A DNA stretch of 64,000 nucleotides from Gammaproteobacteria bacterium (GTDB lineage Bacteria; Pseudomonadota; Gammaproteobacteria; Steroidobacterales; Rariloculaceae). Positions 1 to 11,558 of the stretch are shown here, piece by piece. The position numbers and the translations under genes were made by a program. Each line of letters opens with the position of its first letter. Position 1 is the first letter of the stretch. The DNA lies in the NCBI GenBank assembly GCA_022819855.1, contig JAJEGN010000012.1, positions 10,746 to 74,745 on the forward strand. Direction: 5' to 3'. The notes beneath the pieces are model-generated. The model had not been told where the DNA came from, did no database searches, and was given only the letters and a program-made list of their open reading frames with translations.

Positions 1-291
1 CGCCGCTTCCTTGTAGATTTCGAGCCTGCTGCTCTGATACAGCACGGGCCGGTCCCAGTGCAGTTCGAGCGCGTCGAGCGCCGCCAGGATCCGCTCGGAC
101 GCTCCGGCCACTTCGCGAGGCGGATCGATATCCTCGATACGTAGCAGCCACTCTCCGCCGCTTTGTCGGGCGTGCAGATAGCTTGCGACGGCGGTCGTCA
201 GCGATCCGATATGCAACGGGCCCGTGGGAGAGGGGGCGAACCGCCCGACGTAGCGGGACCCTGGCGACGGGTTGTCAGTAGCCTGCGTCAC
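1..291 (-). CDS. gluQ: glutamyl-Q tRNA(Asp) synthetase, N-terminal part (gene continues past the left window edge)
   Basis: My own minus-strand translation from GTG at 291-289 gives [69 protein letters not shown]... It has a class-I HIGH-type motif (PLHIGS) and the RIEDID block typical of GluQ-RS. It lies directly downstream of dksA, as in E. coli. It is not in the ORF track because it is open at the edge. Confidence 0.8.
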   Translation of the reverse strand, partial: MTQATDNPSPGSRYVGRFAPSPTGPLHIGSLTTAVASYLHARQSGGEWLLRIEDIDPPREVAGASERILAALDALELHWDRPVLYQSSRLEIYKEAA

Positions 292-374
292 GGGAATTCC
301 CGGCATCGAACTTTCGCTTTGTGCGAAACGCCTGGCCGAAGACGGCCGATCGCGACGTCCTGCGGCGCAGGCTC

Positions 375-1145
375 CTAACGATAGTAGTCCTCGCGGTCGC
401 GGAACTGTCGTTCGGCCAACTCACGCCGTTCCTGGGCTTCGAGGCAAAGCGTGGCCACGGGACGGGCCTCCAGACGCCTGAGTCCGATTTCCTCGCCCGT
501 CTCATCGCAGTAGCCGTAGGAACCGTCGTCGATACGCGCCAGGGCCGAGTCGATCTTTCGCAGCAATTTGCGGTCGCGATCCCGTGTTCTGAGTTCCAGG
601 CCGAATTCGGATTCCTGCGTCGCACGGTCGTTGGGGTCGGGGAAGTTGGCGGCGTCATCCTTCATGTGGTGCATCGTCCGGTCCACTTCCTCCATGAGTT
701 CCTGCTTCCAGGCGAGCAGGATCTTGCGAAAGTGCGCAAGCTGCAGGTCGTTCATGTAGGATTCGCCGCGCTTGGGCTTGTACGGTTCGATGCCGCGCAC
801 GGGGCCCGTCAACACCTTCACACGGCTCGCGCGCCGTGTTCGCCGGGAGGCGTTCCCGGCGTTCGATTTGCCCGACCGACCTTTCGACCCGGTTGCTTTC
901 GCTGTAGTGCGGCCTTTTGCCGCGGGTTTCTTCTTCGTGGTCGGGGCTGCCCGGGATGACTTCTTCGCCGTGCGCGAGGCTGTTGCGGTCCTGTCGCGCG
1001 CGGCGGGGGCAGAAGCCTTCTTTGCGGGCGACTTGCGCGCGCGGGAGCCGGCTTCAGGCTTGCTGCCTCCAGCACCTTTGCTGCTTTTTGCGGCCCGCTT
1101 CGTCGTCGGCATTTGCCCGACCCCCAAGCATGTCTCGTCACTCAA
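375..1145 (-). CDS. dksA: RNA polymerase-binding transcription factor DksA (start codon unresolved; long N-terminal extension in the ORF)
   Basis: The C-terminal ~145 aa of the 256-aa ORF is a clear DksA core: [33 protein letters not shown], coiled-coil tip [11 protein letters not shown], and finger CDET-x17-CLEA. The first codon is TTG (1145) and the first ATG is at 1112 (MPTTKR). In-frame GTGs at 821 and 815 would give a canonical ~147-aa protein. Confidence 0.85.
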   Translation of the reverse strand: MSDETCLGVGQMPTTKRAAKSSKGAGGSKPEAGSRARKSPAKKASAPAARDRTATASRTAKKSSRAAPTTKKKPAAKGRTTAKATGSKGRSGKSNAGNASRRTRRASRVKVLTGPVRGIEPYKPKRGESYMNDLQLAHFRKILLAWKQELMEEVDRTMHHMKDDAANFPDPNDRATQESEFGLELRTRDRDRKLLRKIDSALARIDDGSYGYCDETGEEIGLRRLEARPVATLCLEAQERRELAERQFRDREDYYR

Positions 1146-1153
1146 GAGCGGCG

Positions 1154-1159
1154 ATTATA
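1154..1159 (-). promoter_or_regulatory. putative -10 hexamer (TATAAT) of a dksA promoter
   Basis: Plus-strand attata at 1154-1159 reads as a perfect TATAAT on the minus strand. It lies between the queF stop (1186) and the dksA ORF, which is a rare sequence in this GC-rich DNA. No convincing -35 hexamer was found. Confidence 0.3.
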
Positions 1160-1185
1160 CATGCGAGTTTGCCGAGCGAAAGTTC

Positions 1186-1659
1186 CTAAACGAGGCGCTC
1201 CTGGCTGCCCTCGCCGGGCAGTTGCACGACAGGTCCGGGGTTCCAGCCGGGCTGTTTTCGCTCGGCGATAACCGTCGTGTAGATGCCGCCGCGAACGTTG
1301 AATTCAGCCGTCAGGCGGATGAACCTCGGGTCGAGCATCGCGGCCAGATCGTCGAGCATCCGGTTCGTCACGGCCTCGTGAAATGCGCCGACGTCGCGGT
1401 AGGACCGTATGTACAGCTTCAGCGACTTCAGTTCGACACAACGCACATCGGGAACATACTGGAGTCTCAACGTCGCGAAATCCGGTTGCCCCGTCATGGG
1501 GCACAGGCACGTGAACTCGGGTATCCCGATGTCGATCGTGTAGTCGCGGTCAGGCTTCGGGTTTTCGAACGTCGAAAGGCTGTCAGGCGAGGGTGTCGTT
1601 CGGCTTGGCTCGGACATCGCAGCAAGGGTCCCGTTCGCCGGAAGAGTATCCGGCCGCAT
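1186..1659 (-). CDS. queF: NADPH-dependent 7-cyano-7-deazaguanine (preQ0) reductase, type I QueF
   Basis: Catalytic-Cys region [14 protein letters not shown] and QueF motif [12 protein letters not shown]. The size is typical of unimodular QueF. An alternative start is the ATG at 1617 (MSEPSR). Confidence 0.85.
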   Translation of the reverse strand: MRPDTLPANGTLAAMSEPSRTTPSPDSLSTFENPKPDRDYTIDIGIPEFTCLCPMTGQPDFATLRLQYVPDVRCVELKSLKLYIRSYRDVGAFHEAVTNRMLDDLAAMLDPRFIRLTAEFNVRGGIYTTVIAERKQPGWNPGPVVQLPGEGSQERLV

Positions 1660-1722
1660 CGTGTCGCGCGGAATTTTACTTTACACTACGTTATTCGCGG
1701 CAGCTAAAGCGGTCTGTACCGT

Positions 1723-4700
1723 ATGCGCCTCAGCAAGATCCGACTTTCGGGCTTCAAGTCCTTCGTCGATCCCACCAGCATTAGCTTCCCTGGCAACCTG
1801 ACCGGCATCGTCGGCCCCAACGGCTGCGGCAAATCCAACGTGATCGATGCCATTCGATGGGTGTTGGGCGAAGGCTCCGCCAAGACGCTGCGCGGCGATT
1901 CAATGGCGGACGTGATCTTCAACGGTACGAGCGACCGCAAGCCCGTCGGTCAGGCCAGCGTTGAGCTGTATTTCGACAATTCCGACGGAACCATCGGCGG
2001 AGCTTACGCCGGCTACAGCGAAGTTTCGGTGCGCCGCGTGGTATCCCGCGACGGAACCTCGCAGTTCTTTCTGAACAACGCACGCTGCCGGCGCAAGGAC
2101 ATCACCAATCTCCTGCTCGGGACCGGGGTCGGTGCGCACGGCTATTCGATCATCGAACAGGGCATGATTTCGCGGCTCGTCGAGGCCCGGCCCGAGGAAC
2201 TCAGGGCCTTTCTCGAGGAGGCGGCGGGCATCTCCAAGTACAAGGAGAGACGCCGGGAGACGGAGCACAAGGTCCGCCACACGCGCGAAAACCTCGAGCG
2301 TCTGGGCGACCTGCGCGACGAGGTCGACAAGCAGCTCGCCCACCTGAAGCGGCAGGCGAGGGCCGCCGAACGCTACCGGACGCTCAAGGAGGAGGAGCGC
2401 CGCACGCAGGCTGAAGTGCTGGCGCTCACGCTACGCGGCTTGCGCGCAGACGTCGCCGAACGCGAACAGGCGCTCGGAACGAAACAGCTCGCTTTCGATG
2501 CCGCCGAAACCGGGCAACGTTCCATCGAGACCGAGATCGAGAAGCTGCGTGTCGAGGAGGATGAGCGCGGCGAGGCATTCCAGGCCGTTCACGGAGCCCG
2601 ACTTCGCCTGGACGCGGACATCGGTCATCTCGAGGACGCGATCAGGCACCGCAAGGCGACGGCAAGCCGCCTGGACCAGGACCTGAATGACGCGACTCAG
2701 GAGCTCCAGGAGTTGTCCGGTCATATCGAAGGCGATACCGGCAAGATCGAGCGCTTCGACCGGACGTTGAATGAACTGGCGCCGGAGTTCGCCGCGGCGG
2801 GCGACCGGCAACGGGAATCGGACGATACGCTGCGCCGGGCCGAGGCAGAGCTTGAGCGGTTCCGCGAACGTTGGGAGCAAGTCGCCGCGGAACTTGCCGA
2901 TACGCGGAAAGACCGCGAGCTCGGCGAGGCGCAGCTCGAGCACCTTGATGGGCAACGCGAGCGCCTGCAGGGCCGGCTCAGGGATAGCGCAGCCGAGCGG
3001 GATGCCGCGCAGTTCGCCGAACACGAGGAAGAACTCGCGCAACTTGCCGATGGGGAGGCAAAGCTCGGGGCGGCCTCGGCCGAAGCCCTGGCATCGGTCG
3101 CTGCGCTCGCGGAGCGGATCAGGCGGCAGCGCGGCGAGGAACGGCGCATTTTCGACGAACTCGACGAGGCGCGCGAGCAACTTCAGGGCGAGCGTGAGCG
3201 GTTGAGTTCGCTCGAGGCGCTGCAGGAGGCCGTGCTCGGAAGCGTCCCGGAAGCGGTAGACGGCTGGCTCGAGAAGCACTCCGTGGGCGGCGCGCGCCTG
3301 GCAGAGGAGCTTGCCGTTACAGCGGGTTGGGAACGCGCCGTCGAGACCGTGCTCGGAGATGCCCTGCAGGCCGTCGCGGTCGAGAACATCGACAAGCTGG
3401 CTGACGCGATCGCGGAGATTGCCGACGGGCCGCTCGTGCTGGTCGAGGAACGTTCCTTGACCGGCGGCGCCGCAGACCGCGGCCAACTGCTCGACAAGGT
3501 GCAGTCGCCCGGTGCCGCCGCAGTTCTCCTCGACGGTGTGCGCACCGCGGATTCGCTGGCAGAAGCCCTGAAGCTGCGTCCCACGCTCGAAGAAGGCCAG
3601 TCAGCGATCACTCCCGACGGGATCTGGGTCGGCAGGTACTGGTTGCGCGTCCATCGCGGGAACGATTCGCAGCTCGGCGTGATCGCGAGGAGCGATGAGA
3701 TCGCTGAGCTTCGCGACGACGTCGCCTCCCTGACCCGGCGAGCGCAAGAACTTACCGGCGAACATGCGGCCGCGCGGAGCCGGTTCGATGAGCTGGAGGC
3801 CGAGCACGCCGCCGCTCAGATCGAGGCGAACCGGAGCCAGCAGACCCACTCGGCATCGCAGACGGAACTGGAGGCGGCGCGCGCGAGGCTCGAGCAAATG
3901 CGTGACCGCAAGGCCGAACTCGACCGCGGGATCGCGGATTCGGCTGTCGAACAGAAGTTGCTGACGGAGCAGATCCACGAGTGCCGTGAGCGCCTGGCCG
4001 CGAGCGTGGCGCGGTGTGAAGAATTGCTCGGATCGAAGGCGCAACTCGAACACGACGGCAAGCAGTGCCGGGAGCGTGTTCTGGAGGCTCGGGCGCTGGC
4101 GGACAGCGATCGATCATCGGCCCAGGAAATCGCCCTCAGGATGGAATCGGCGCGAAGTTCGAAGGACGCGGCGGCCGATGCGCTCTCTCGAGTTCGTGTC
4201 CAGCAGCACAAGCTTACCGAGCGGCATGCCCAATTGATGGTTCAGATCGACGAGACACGGGCGCCCTTGCCCTCGGAGGAAACGCGACTCTCCGACCTGC
4301 TGGATCGGCGGCTGACCGTCGAGGGGCAGCTTGCCGAGGCGCGCGAGGCCGTCGAGAGCGTCAACGAGCGGCTGCGTGAAGCCGAGAGCCGGCGCGGCGC
4401 CCAGGAACTGCGCGTGAACGAGGCGAGGGGCGAGATCGAACAGGCGCGCCTTGGGGTCAGGGAAGCGGAAGTCCGCGCCGAATCCGTGCGCGAACAGTTC
4501 GACGATTCCGGCTTCGACCTTGAAGACATGCTTGGAAAACTGCCGGACGAGGAGAACGCAACGGAACGTGCCGAGTTGCTTGAGCGGATCGGCAAGCGAA
4601 TCGCCCGCCTCGGAGCGATCAACCTTGCTGCGATCGACGAGTTCGAGCAGCAGTCGGAGCGCAAGCAATACCTGGACAGGCAGTTCACCGACCTGAGTTC

Positions 4701-5223
4701 CGCGCTCGAAACGCTCGAGTCCGCGATCGGCAAGATCGACCGTCAGACCAAGGCGCGTTTCAAGACGACCTTCGACAAGGCGAACATGCACCTCGGCGCA
4801 CTCTTCCCGCGCCTGTTCAACGGCGGCCATGCCTTTCTCGAGCTCACGGGCTCGGATCTGCTGAACTCCGGCGTAACCATCATGGCGAGGCCCCCGGGCA
4901 AGCGAATCAACACGATCCAGGCGCTGTCAGGCGGCGAGAAGGCCCTCACGGCCGTCGCGCTCGTGTTCGCCATCTTCGAGCTCAACCCGGCGCCATTCTG
5001 CCTGCTCGACGAGGTCGACGCGCCGCTCGACGACACGAACATCAGCAGATTCTCCGAACTCGTCAAGGATATGGCCGACCGGATTCAGTTCGTGCTCATC
5101 ACGCACAACAAGGCGACCATGGACACGATGTACCAGTTGATCGGTGTGACGATGAGCGAGCCCGGCGTTTCCCGACTGGTCGCCGTCGACATCGATGAGG
5201 CTGCGCGGCTTGCCGCGATGTAA
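1723..5223 (+). CDS. smc: chromosome segregation protein SMC
   Basis: 1166 aa. It has an N-terminal Walker A (GPNGCGKSN), long coiled-coil regions, a hinge, and a C-terminal signature/Walker B (LSGGEKALTAVALVFAIFELNPAPFCLLDEVDAPLD). Confidence 0.95.
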   Translation: MRLSKIRLSGFKSFVDPTSISFPGNLTGIVGPNGCGKSNVIDAIRWVLGEGSAKTLRGDSMADVIFNGTSDRKPVGQASVELYFDNSDGTIGGAYAGYSEVSVRRVVSRDGTSQFFLNNARCRRKDITNLLLGTGVGAHGYSIIEQGMISRLVEARPEELRAFLEEAAGISKYKERRRETEHKVRHTRENLERLGDLRDEVDKQLAHLKRQARAAERYRTLKEEERRTQAEVLALTLRGLRADVAEREQALGTKQLAFDAAETGQRSIETEIEKLRVEEDERGEAFQAVHGARLRLDADIGHLEDAIRHRKATASRLDQDLNDATQELQELSGHIEGDTGKIERFDRTLNELAPEFAAAGDRQRESDDTLRRAEAELERFRERWEQVAAELADTRKDRELGEAQLEHLDGQRERLQGRLRDSAAERDAAQFAEHEEELAQLADGEAKLGAASAEALASVAALAERIRRQRGEERRIFDELDEAREQLQGERERLSSLEALQEAVLGSVPEAVDGWLEKHSVGGARLAEELAVTAGWERAVETVLGDALQAVAVENIDKLADAIAEIADGPLVLVEERSLTGGAADRGQLLDKVQSPGAAAVLLDGVRTADSLAEALKLRPTLEEGQSAITPDGIWVGRYWLRVHRGNDSQLGVIARSDEIAELRDDVASLTRRAQELTGEHAAARSRFDELEAEHAAAQIEANRSQQTHSASQTELEAARARLEQMRDRKAELDRGIADSAVEQKLLTEQIHECRERLAASVARCEELLGSKAQLEHDGKQCRERVLEARALADSDRSSAQEIALRMESARSSKDAAADALSRVRVQQHKLTERHAQLMVQIDETRAPLPSEETRLSDLLDRRLTVEGQLAEAREAVESVNERLREAESRRGAQELRVNEARGEIEQARLGVREAEVRAESVREQFDDSGFDLEDMLGKLPDEENATERAELLERIGKRIARLGAINLAAIDEFEQQSERKQYLDRQFTDLSSALETLESAIGKIDRQTKARFKTTFDKANMHLGALFPRLFNGGHAFLELTGSDLLNSGVTIMARPPGKRINTIQALSGGEKALTAVALVFAIFELNPAPFCLLDEVDAPLDDTNISRFSELVKDMADRIQFVLITHNKATMDTMYQLIGVTMSEPGVSRLVAVDIDEAARLAAM

Positions 5224-5228
5224 GCGCG

Positions 5229-5999
5229 ATGTGGGAACTGCGCTGGGTGCTGTTGGCCCTGGGCGTCGTGCTCATTGCCGCGGTTTGGATCTGGAGCGGG
5301 CGATCGGCCGGTGCCGGCAAGTCGGCGAAGACGGCGAAATCACCGCGGCGCAGGTCGCCCCCCAAGGAGCATGTTGAAGCGGCCACCGGAGAGCCTGCGG
5401 AGGGAGTGACAACTGGCTCGGTCGAAGCCGCATCGGACGACGGCGCAACCGCATCGGGCGACGATGAAGCTGCATCGGACGACGACGAAGCCGCCGAGGG
5501 TCCCGAAAGCGGGATCGGCGACGAAACGGTTCATGAGCAGGATACGGCAGAGCAGCCTGTGGCCGAGAAGGCCGAACCCATGGACCGGGTCATCGCCATC
5601 CGCTGTCAAGTGAAACAGGGTACCTTGTCGGTCGAGCGGGTCGTGCTGGCGCTTCGGGCTGCCGGTCTCGAACATGGGCGCTACGACATCTTTCATCGCC
5701 ACGCGGAGGACCGGCGGGACGATCCGCTGTTCAGCGTCGCCAACCTCACGGAACCCGGCTCGTTCGATCTGATCCGGGCGTCGGAGTCCACGACGGCGGG
5801 CATTACCCTGTTCATGGTATTGCCTGGCCATGGCGATGCCGTGGAGCGATTCGACATGATGACGCGCACCGCGCATGACCTGGCCGGCGAGTTCGACGCC
5901 GAACTGCACGATGAATCCGGCAGTTTCTGGAGCATTCAGCGCGAGCGTTATGTCCGCGACGAAGTCATCATGTATGGCCTCAAGCGCGAGAAACGCTGA
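5229..5999 (+). CDS. zipA: cell division protein ZipA
   Basis: It has an N-terminal TM helix (WVLLALGVVLIAAVWIW), a charged/acidic linker, and a C-terminal ZipA-type FtsZ-binding domain (RVIAIRCQVK...GRYDIFHRH...FSVANLTEPGSFD). It sits in the conserved smc-zipA-ligA order. Confidence 0.8.
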   Translation: MWELRWVLLALGVVLIAAVWIWSGRSAGAGKSAKTAKSPRRRSPPKEHVEAATGEPAEGVTTGSVEAASDDGATASGDDEAASDDDEAAEGPESGIGDETVHEQDTAEQPVAEKAEPMDRVIAIRCQVKQGTLSVERVVLALRAAGLEHGRYDIFHRHAEDRRDDPLFSVANLTEPGSFDLIRASESTTAGITLFMVLPGHGDAVERFDMMTRTAHDLAGEFDAELHDESGSFWSIQRERYVRDEVIMYGLKREKR

Positions 6000-8069
<2,070 letters not shown>

Positions 8070-8131
8070 TTGAAGTCCCACTGCATTGGCGGTCTCGGTG
8101 CGACGCGGAACGTTTACCACGGGCGGGTGGA

Positions 8132-8968
8132 TCAGCGTAGCTCGATCACCGCCGCGTCCTCGAGCGACTGCACATAGGCCTCGAGTTTCTGCTGCTCGAC
8201 GGCGCGCGTCAGCTCGTCGCGGACCGCGTCGAGGCCGGGCGGCTGCTGTTCGCGGGTTTCCTCGAGCATGATCACGTGCCAGCCGAACTGGGTTCGCACC
8301 GGTTCGGACGAGTAGCTGCCGTCCTCCATCGCACGCACGGCATCGGCGAACGGCTCGACCATCGATTCCGCGGAAAACCAGCCCAGGTCGCCACCGCTCG
8401 GTCCTGTCGGCCCGGTCGATCGTTCCATGGCCAGCTCCGCAAAGTCGCCGCCTTCATCGAGTGCCGCGATGACGCTCACAGCCTCGTCTTCGGTCGCAAG
8501 CAGGATGTGGCGCGCCTTGTACTGATTCGTCATCAGGCGGGACAGGTTCTCTTCGTAGAGCGCACGCAGTTCCGCTTCGCCGGGCGGGTTCTCGTCGAGA
8601 AACCGCGTTGCCGCGGCGCGCGCGAGCAACTGCAGACGTTGCAATTCAAGCTCCACCGCGATCGTGCGTTCGTCCGGCAGCCCGCGTTCTGCGGCCGCGT
8701 CAGCGAGGAGCCTCACGCGGACCAGATCCTCGATGACCCCAGCGCGTTCCTCGTCGGTGAGATCCTCGGCAGGCTTCTGGAGCCCGTTCAGCACGTAGAA
8801 CCGAAACAGCGATTCCGGCAGAGGCGTGTCGTTGATCGTGGCCACGACGCCCGGGCCGAGCGGCCCCGGCCCTTCGCTCGCGCCGTCGCCGCCCTGGTCG
8901 GGAGCGCAGGCGGTGAGTGCCATGAACATCGTCGTCGCGGCCGTCCAGATTGCAATTCTCATCCGCAT
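8132..8968 (-). CDS. parvulin-type peptidyl-prolyl cis-trans isomerase, lipoprotein (SurA/PpiC family)
   Basis: The signal peptide has a lipobox (MALTAC). The parvulin domain reads ARHILLATEDEAVSVIAALDEGGDFAELAMERSTGPTGPSGGDLGWF...FGWHVIMLEE. Confidence 0.8.
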   Translation of the reverse strand: MRMRIAIWTAATTMFMALTACAPDQGGDGASEGPGPLGPGVVATINDTPLPESLFRFYVLNGLQKPAEDLTDEERAGVIEDLVRVRLLADAAAERGLPDERTIAVELELQRLQLLARAAATRFLDENPPGEAELRALYEENLSRLMTNQYKARHILLATEDEAVSVIAALDEGGDFAELAMERSTGPTGPSGGDLGWFSAESMVEPFADAVRAMEDGSYSSEPVRTQFGWHVIMLEETREQQPPGLDAVRDELTRAVEQQKLEAYVQSLEDAAVIELR

Positions 8969-8978
8969 TTACCCCGCA

Positions 8979-9263
8979 TTACTCCGTTTCCTGAACTTCT
9001 TCAGGAGCTTGCGCAAGCACGCTCAAGGCGTGGATATCCGTTTTCAGCAGGTCGTCCAGCGCATCGAACACCAGTCGATGGCGCTCCAGCGACTTTGCGC
9101 CCTCGAACCGCGGCGAGACGATCCGCACGCGAAAGTGGCTCTTGCCGTCGCGCGCGCCCGCATGTCCGACGTGCTGGTCGCTCTCGTCGATGATTTCGAC
9201 TTCCGTCGGCGCCAGGGCAGCATCCAGACGCTCACGGATCGCGGCGGCACGATTGCGGCTCAC
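8979..9263 (-). CDS. BolA family protein
   Basis: 94 aa, with VEIIDESDQHVGHAG...HFRVRIVSPRFEGAKSLERHRLVFDAL, which is the typical BolA fold signature. Confidence 0.8.
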   Translation of the reverse strand: MSRNRAAAIRERLDAALAPTEVEIIDESDQHVGHAGARDGKSHFRVRIVSPRFEGAKSLERHRLVFDALDDLLKTDIHALSVLAQAPEEVQETE

Positions 9264-9559
9264 GGCACGATCTGCTTGAACGGTTTGACGATGACCTCCT
9301 CGAAGACGCCGTCCGTGAGGTACGGATCGTTGTCCGCCCAGTCCTGCGCCTCCTCAAGGGAATCGAATTCGACGATGAGAAGGCTGCCGTACATGCCTGC
9401 AGGACCGGGTTCGGGGCTGTCGATGGCCGGAAGGGGACCCGCGAGCACGATGCGGCCCTCGTCGACCAGCGACTTGATGTAGGCGAGATGGCGTTCGCGT
9501 GTCGCGCGGCGTGCAGCCACGCTGTCGGGAATGTCGCGCGCAAGGATCGCGTACAGCAT
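9260..9559 (-). CDS. YciI family protein
   Basis: 99 aa, with RERHLAYIKSLVDEGRIVLAGPL...SLLIVEFDSLEEAQDWADNDPY. It overlaps bolA by 4 bp. The yciB-yciI-bolA neighbourhood is conserved. Confidence 0.8.
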   Translation of the reverse strand: MLYAILARDIPDSVAARRATRERHLAYIKSLVDEGRIVLAGPLPAIDSPEPGPAGMYGSLLIVEFDSLEEAQDWADNDPYLTDGVFEEVIVKPFKQIVP

Positions 9560-9565
9560 GAAGGG

Positions 9566-10111
9566 TCAGCCTTCTTCGTGTCGGTGTTCAGGCGTCCTGG
9601 CGGCAATCCAGACCGCCTGGGCGATGACCGTGAGCAGAGTCAGGCCAAGCGTGCCGAACAGCTTGAAGTTCACCCATATTGCCTCGGAAAAGTTGTATAC
9701 CACGTACAGGTTCGCCGCCCCGAGCACCGTAAAGCTGCCCACCCACATGAGATTGAGCTGCCGCCACATGGGCGCGGGCAGCGAAATGGCCTCGCCCATG
9801 ATCCTTTCGGTCAACGTCCGTTTGCCGATATACCGGCTGCCGAGGAAGGCTGCCGCGAAGAGCGCGTACACGATCGTGGGCTTCCACTGAATGAAGATCG
9901 GATCCCTGAGCAGCAGTGTCGCACCGCCGAAGAGGGCCACGAGAATGCCGGACACCAGAAGCATGTTGTTGACCTTGCGTTCGCGCAGCCACTGCACGGC
10001 GATCTGTACGGCCATGACGACGACGATCGCGGCCGTCGCGGCATAGATGTCGCGCCATTGGAAGACCGCGAAGAAAACGATAATCGGAAGAAAATCAAAC
10101 AGTAATTTCAT
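9566..10111 (-). CDS. yciB: intracellular septation protein A (YciB/IspZ)
   Basis: The ATG at 10111 gives MKLLFDFLPIIVFFAVFQWRDIYAATAAIVV..., which is collinear with E. coli YciB. It is multi-TM. The 338-aa ORF-track entry extends upstream into non-homologous sequence, so I trimmed it. Confidence 0.85.
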   Translation of the reverse strand: MKLLFDFLPIIVFFAVFQWRDIYAATAAIVVVMAVQIAVQWLRERKVNNMLLVSGILVALFGGATLLLRDPIFIQWKPTIVYALFAAAFLGSRYIGKRTLTERIMGEAISLPAPMWRQLNLMWVGSFTVLGAANLYVVYNFSEAIWVNFKLFGTLGLTLLTVIAQAVWIAARTPEHRHEEG

Positions 10112-10204
10112 CTTGGACGGCGTCGCTCGGGGTTCGGATACCATGTTAGCGCAACTGGGGGCCTGCGACCCGTTCCGGGTACGGGCAAGCTCAGGAACCA
10201 CGCC

Positions 10205-10828
10205 ATGAGCCAGATCCTGCGGATACATCCGGACAATCCACAACTCCGTCTCGTTCGAAACGCCGCAGAGGCGCTCGGCAACGGTGGCGTCGTCGTCTAT
10301 CCGACGGATTCCTGTTACGCCCTGGGCTGTCAACTCGGCAACAAGGCGGCGCTCGAGCGGATCAGGCGCCTGCGCCGCAGCGAACGCGATCACGAGTTCA
10401 CGCTGGTGTGCCGGGACCTCTCCGAGATCGCGCTCTACGCAAGGGTCGACAATGCGGCCTATCGCGTCCTGCGGTCGCTGACGCCGGGGCCATATACCTT
10501 CATCCTGCGCGCGACCAACGAGGTTCCCAAGCGCCTGCAGGACCCCAAACGGCGTTCCATCGGCATCCGGGTGCCCGACCATGCCATCGTCGCCGCATTG
10601 CTTGAGGCCTTGGGCGAGCCTCTCATGAGTTCCACGCTGCTACTTCCGGACGACGATATGCCGCTTACCGATCCTGAGGACATCTACGAGCGTCTGCGCG
10701 GTCAGGTCGAGGTCGTCATCGACGCGGGCGTCGGCGGGATCGAACCGACGACGGTTCTCGACCTCAGCGACGGGGCGATGGAAGTGATCAGGTACGGTAA
10801 AGGGGAACTTCGCGGCTTCGGACGCTGA
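10205..10828 (+). CDS. Sua5/YciO/YrdC/YwlC family protein (YciO-like threonylcarbamoyl-AMP synthase paralogue)
   Basis: 207 aa, with GGVVVYPTDSCYALGCQLGNKAALERIRRLR...EFTLVCRDLSEIALYA...PGPYTFIL. It is divergent from yciB, as in enterics and pseudomonads. Confidence 0.8.
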   Translation: MSQILRIHPDNPQLRLVRNAAEALGNGGVVVYPTDSCYALGCQLGNKAALERIRRLRRSERDHEFTLVCRDLSEIALYARVDNAAYRVLRSLTPGPYTFILRATNEVPKRLQDPKRRSIGIRVPDHAIVAALLEALGEPLMSSTLLLPDDDMPLTDPEDIYERLRGQVEVVIDAGVGGIEPTTVLDLSDGAMEVIRYGKGELRGFGR

Positions 10829-10886
10829 GCTGCAATCGCGAGGCGTTGAGCCTGCGTCACGCGCACCTGCCACGTATAATGCCCTG

Positions 10887-11555
10887 ATGCAGTTACCTGA
10901 CCTGTCTGGCCTCGTCCAGCTTCTGTCGGTCGTCATCATTCCGCTGCTTTTCGCAATCACCCTGCACGAGGTGGCGCACGGTTGGGTGGCCAAGCGTTGC
11001 GGCGATCCCACCGCGCTTTTCGCGGGCCGTCTCACGCTCAATCCGGTCAGGCATATCGACCCTCTCGGCACCTTGATCGTACCGATCGCCATGCTGCTGA
11101 TGTCCGGCGGCAACATGGCGTTCGGCTGGGCCAAGCCCGTACCGGTGGCCTTCAACAATCTCAACAACCCCAAGCGCGACATGATTCTGGTCGCCGCCGC
11201 GGGCCCGGCATCGAACCTGCTGATGGCGACCTTCTGGGCGCTGCTTGCATCGTTCGTGATCGGTGCGAGCTTTATCGGCGCAACGCCCGGCGAATGGCTG
11301 CTCAGGATGTGTGTTTTCGGTATACAAATCAATGTCATACTGGCAGTTTTCAATATGTTGCCGCTGCCGCCGCTCGACGGCGGGCGCGTACTGGCGGGAC
11401 TGTTGCCGGCAAACGGGGCCGCCGTACTGGATCGAATTGAACCGTTCGGATTTCTCATCGTCATTGCGTTGATGCTCACCGGCGTTCTGTGGACGATTCT
11501 GGAACCCTTCATGTTTCTTTTTATTGATTTTTTCTGGGGCCTCGCGGGACTCTGA
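10887..11555 (+). CDS. site-2 protease family (peptidase M50) membrane protein
   Basis: It has the HEVAHGW zinc motif, multiple TM helices, and a second motif NVILAVFNMLPLPPLDGG. Confidence 0.8.
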   Translation: MQLPDLSGLVQLLSVVIIPLLFAITLHEVAHGWVAKRCGDPTALFAGRLTLNPVRHIDPLGTLIVPIAMLLMSGGNMAFGWAKPVPVAFNNLNNPKRDMILVAAAGPASNLLMATFWALLASFVIGASFIGATPGEWLLRMCVFGIQINVILAVFNMLPLPPLDGGRVLAGLLPANGAAVLDRIEPFGFLIVIALMLTGVLWTILEPFMFLFIDFFWGLAGL

Positions 11556-11558
11556 TCG

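Noticed and set aside
9566-10582. 338-aa ORF suggesting a YciB protein with a 157-aa N-terminal extension
   Set aside because: The extension overlaps the divergent yciO-like gene and has no membrane or YciB-like features. MKLLFDFLPIIVFF at 10111 matches the canonical YciB start.
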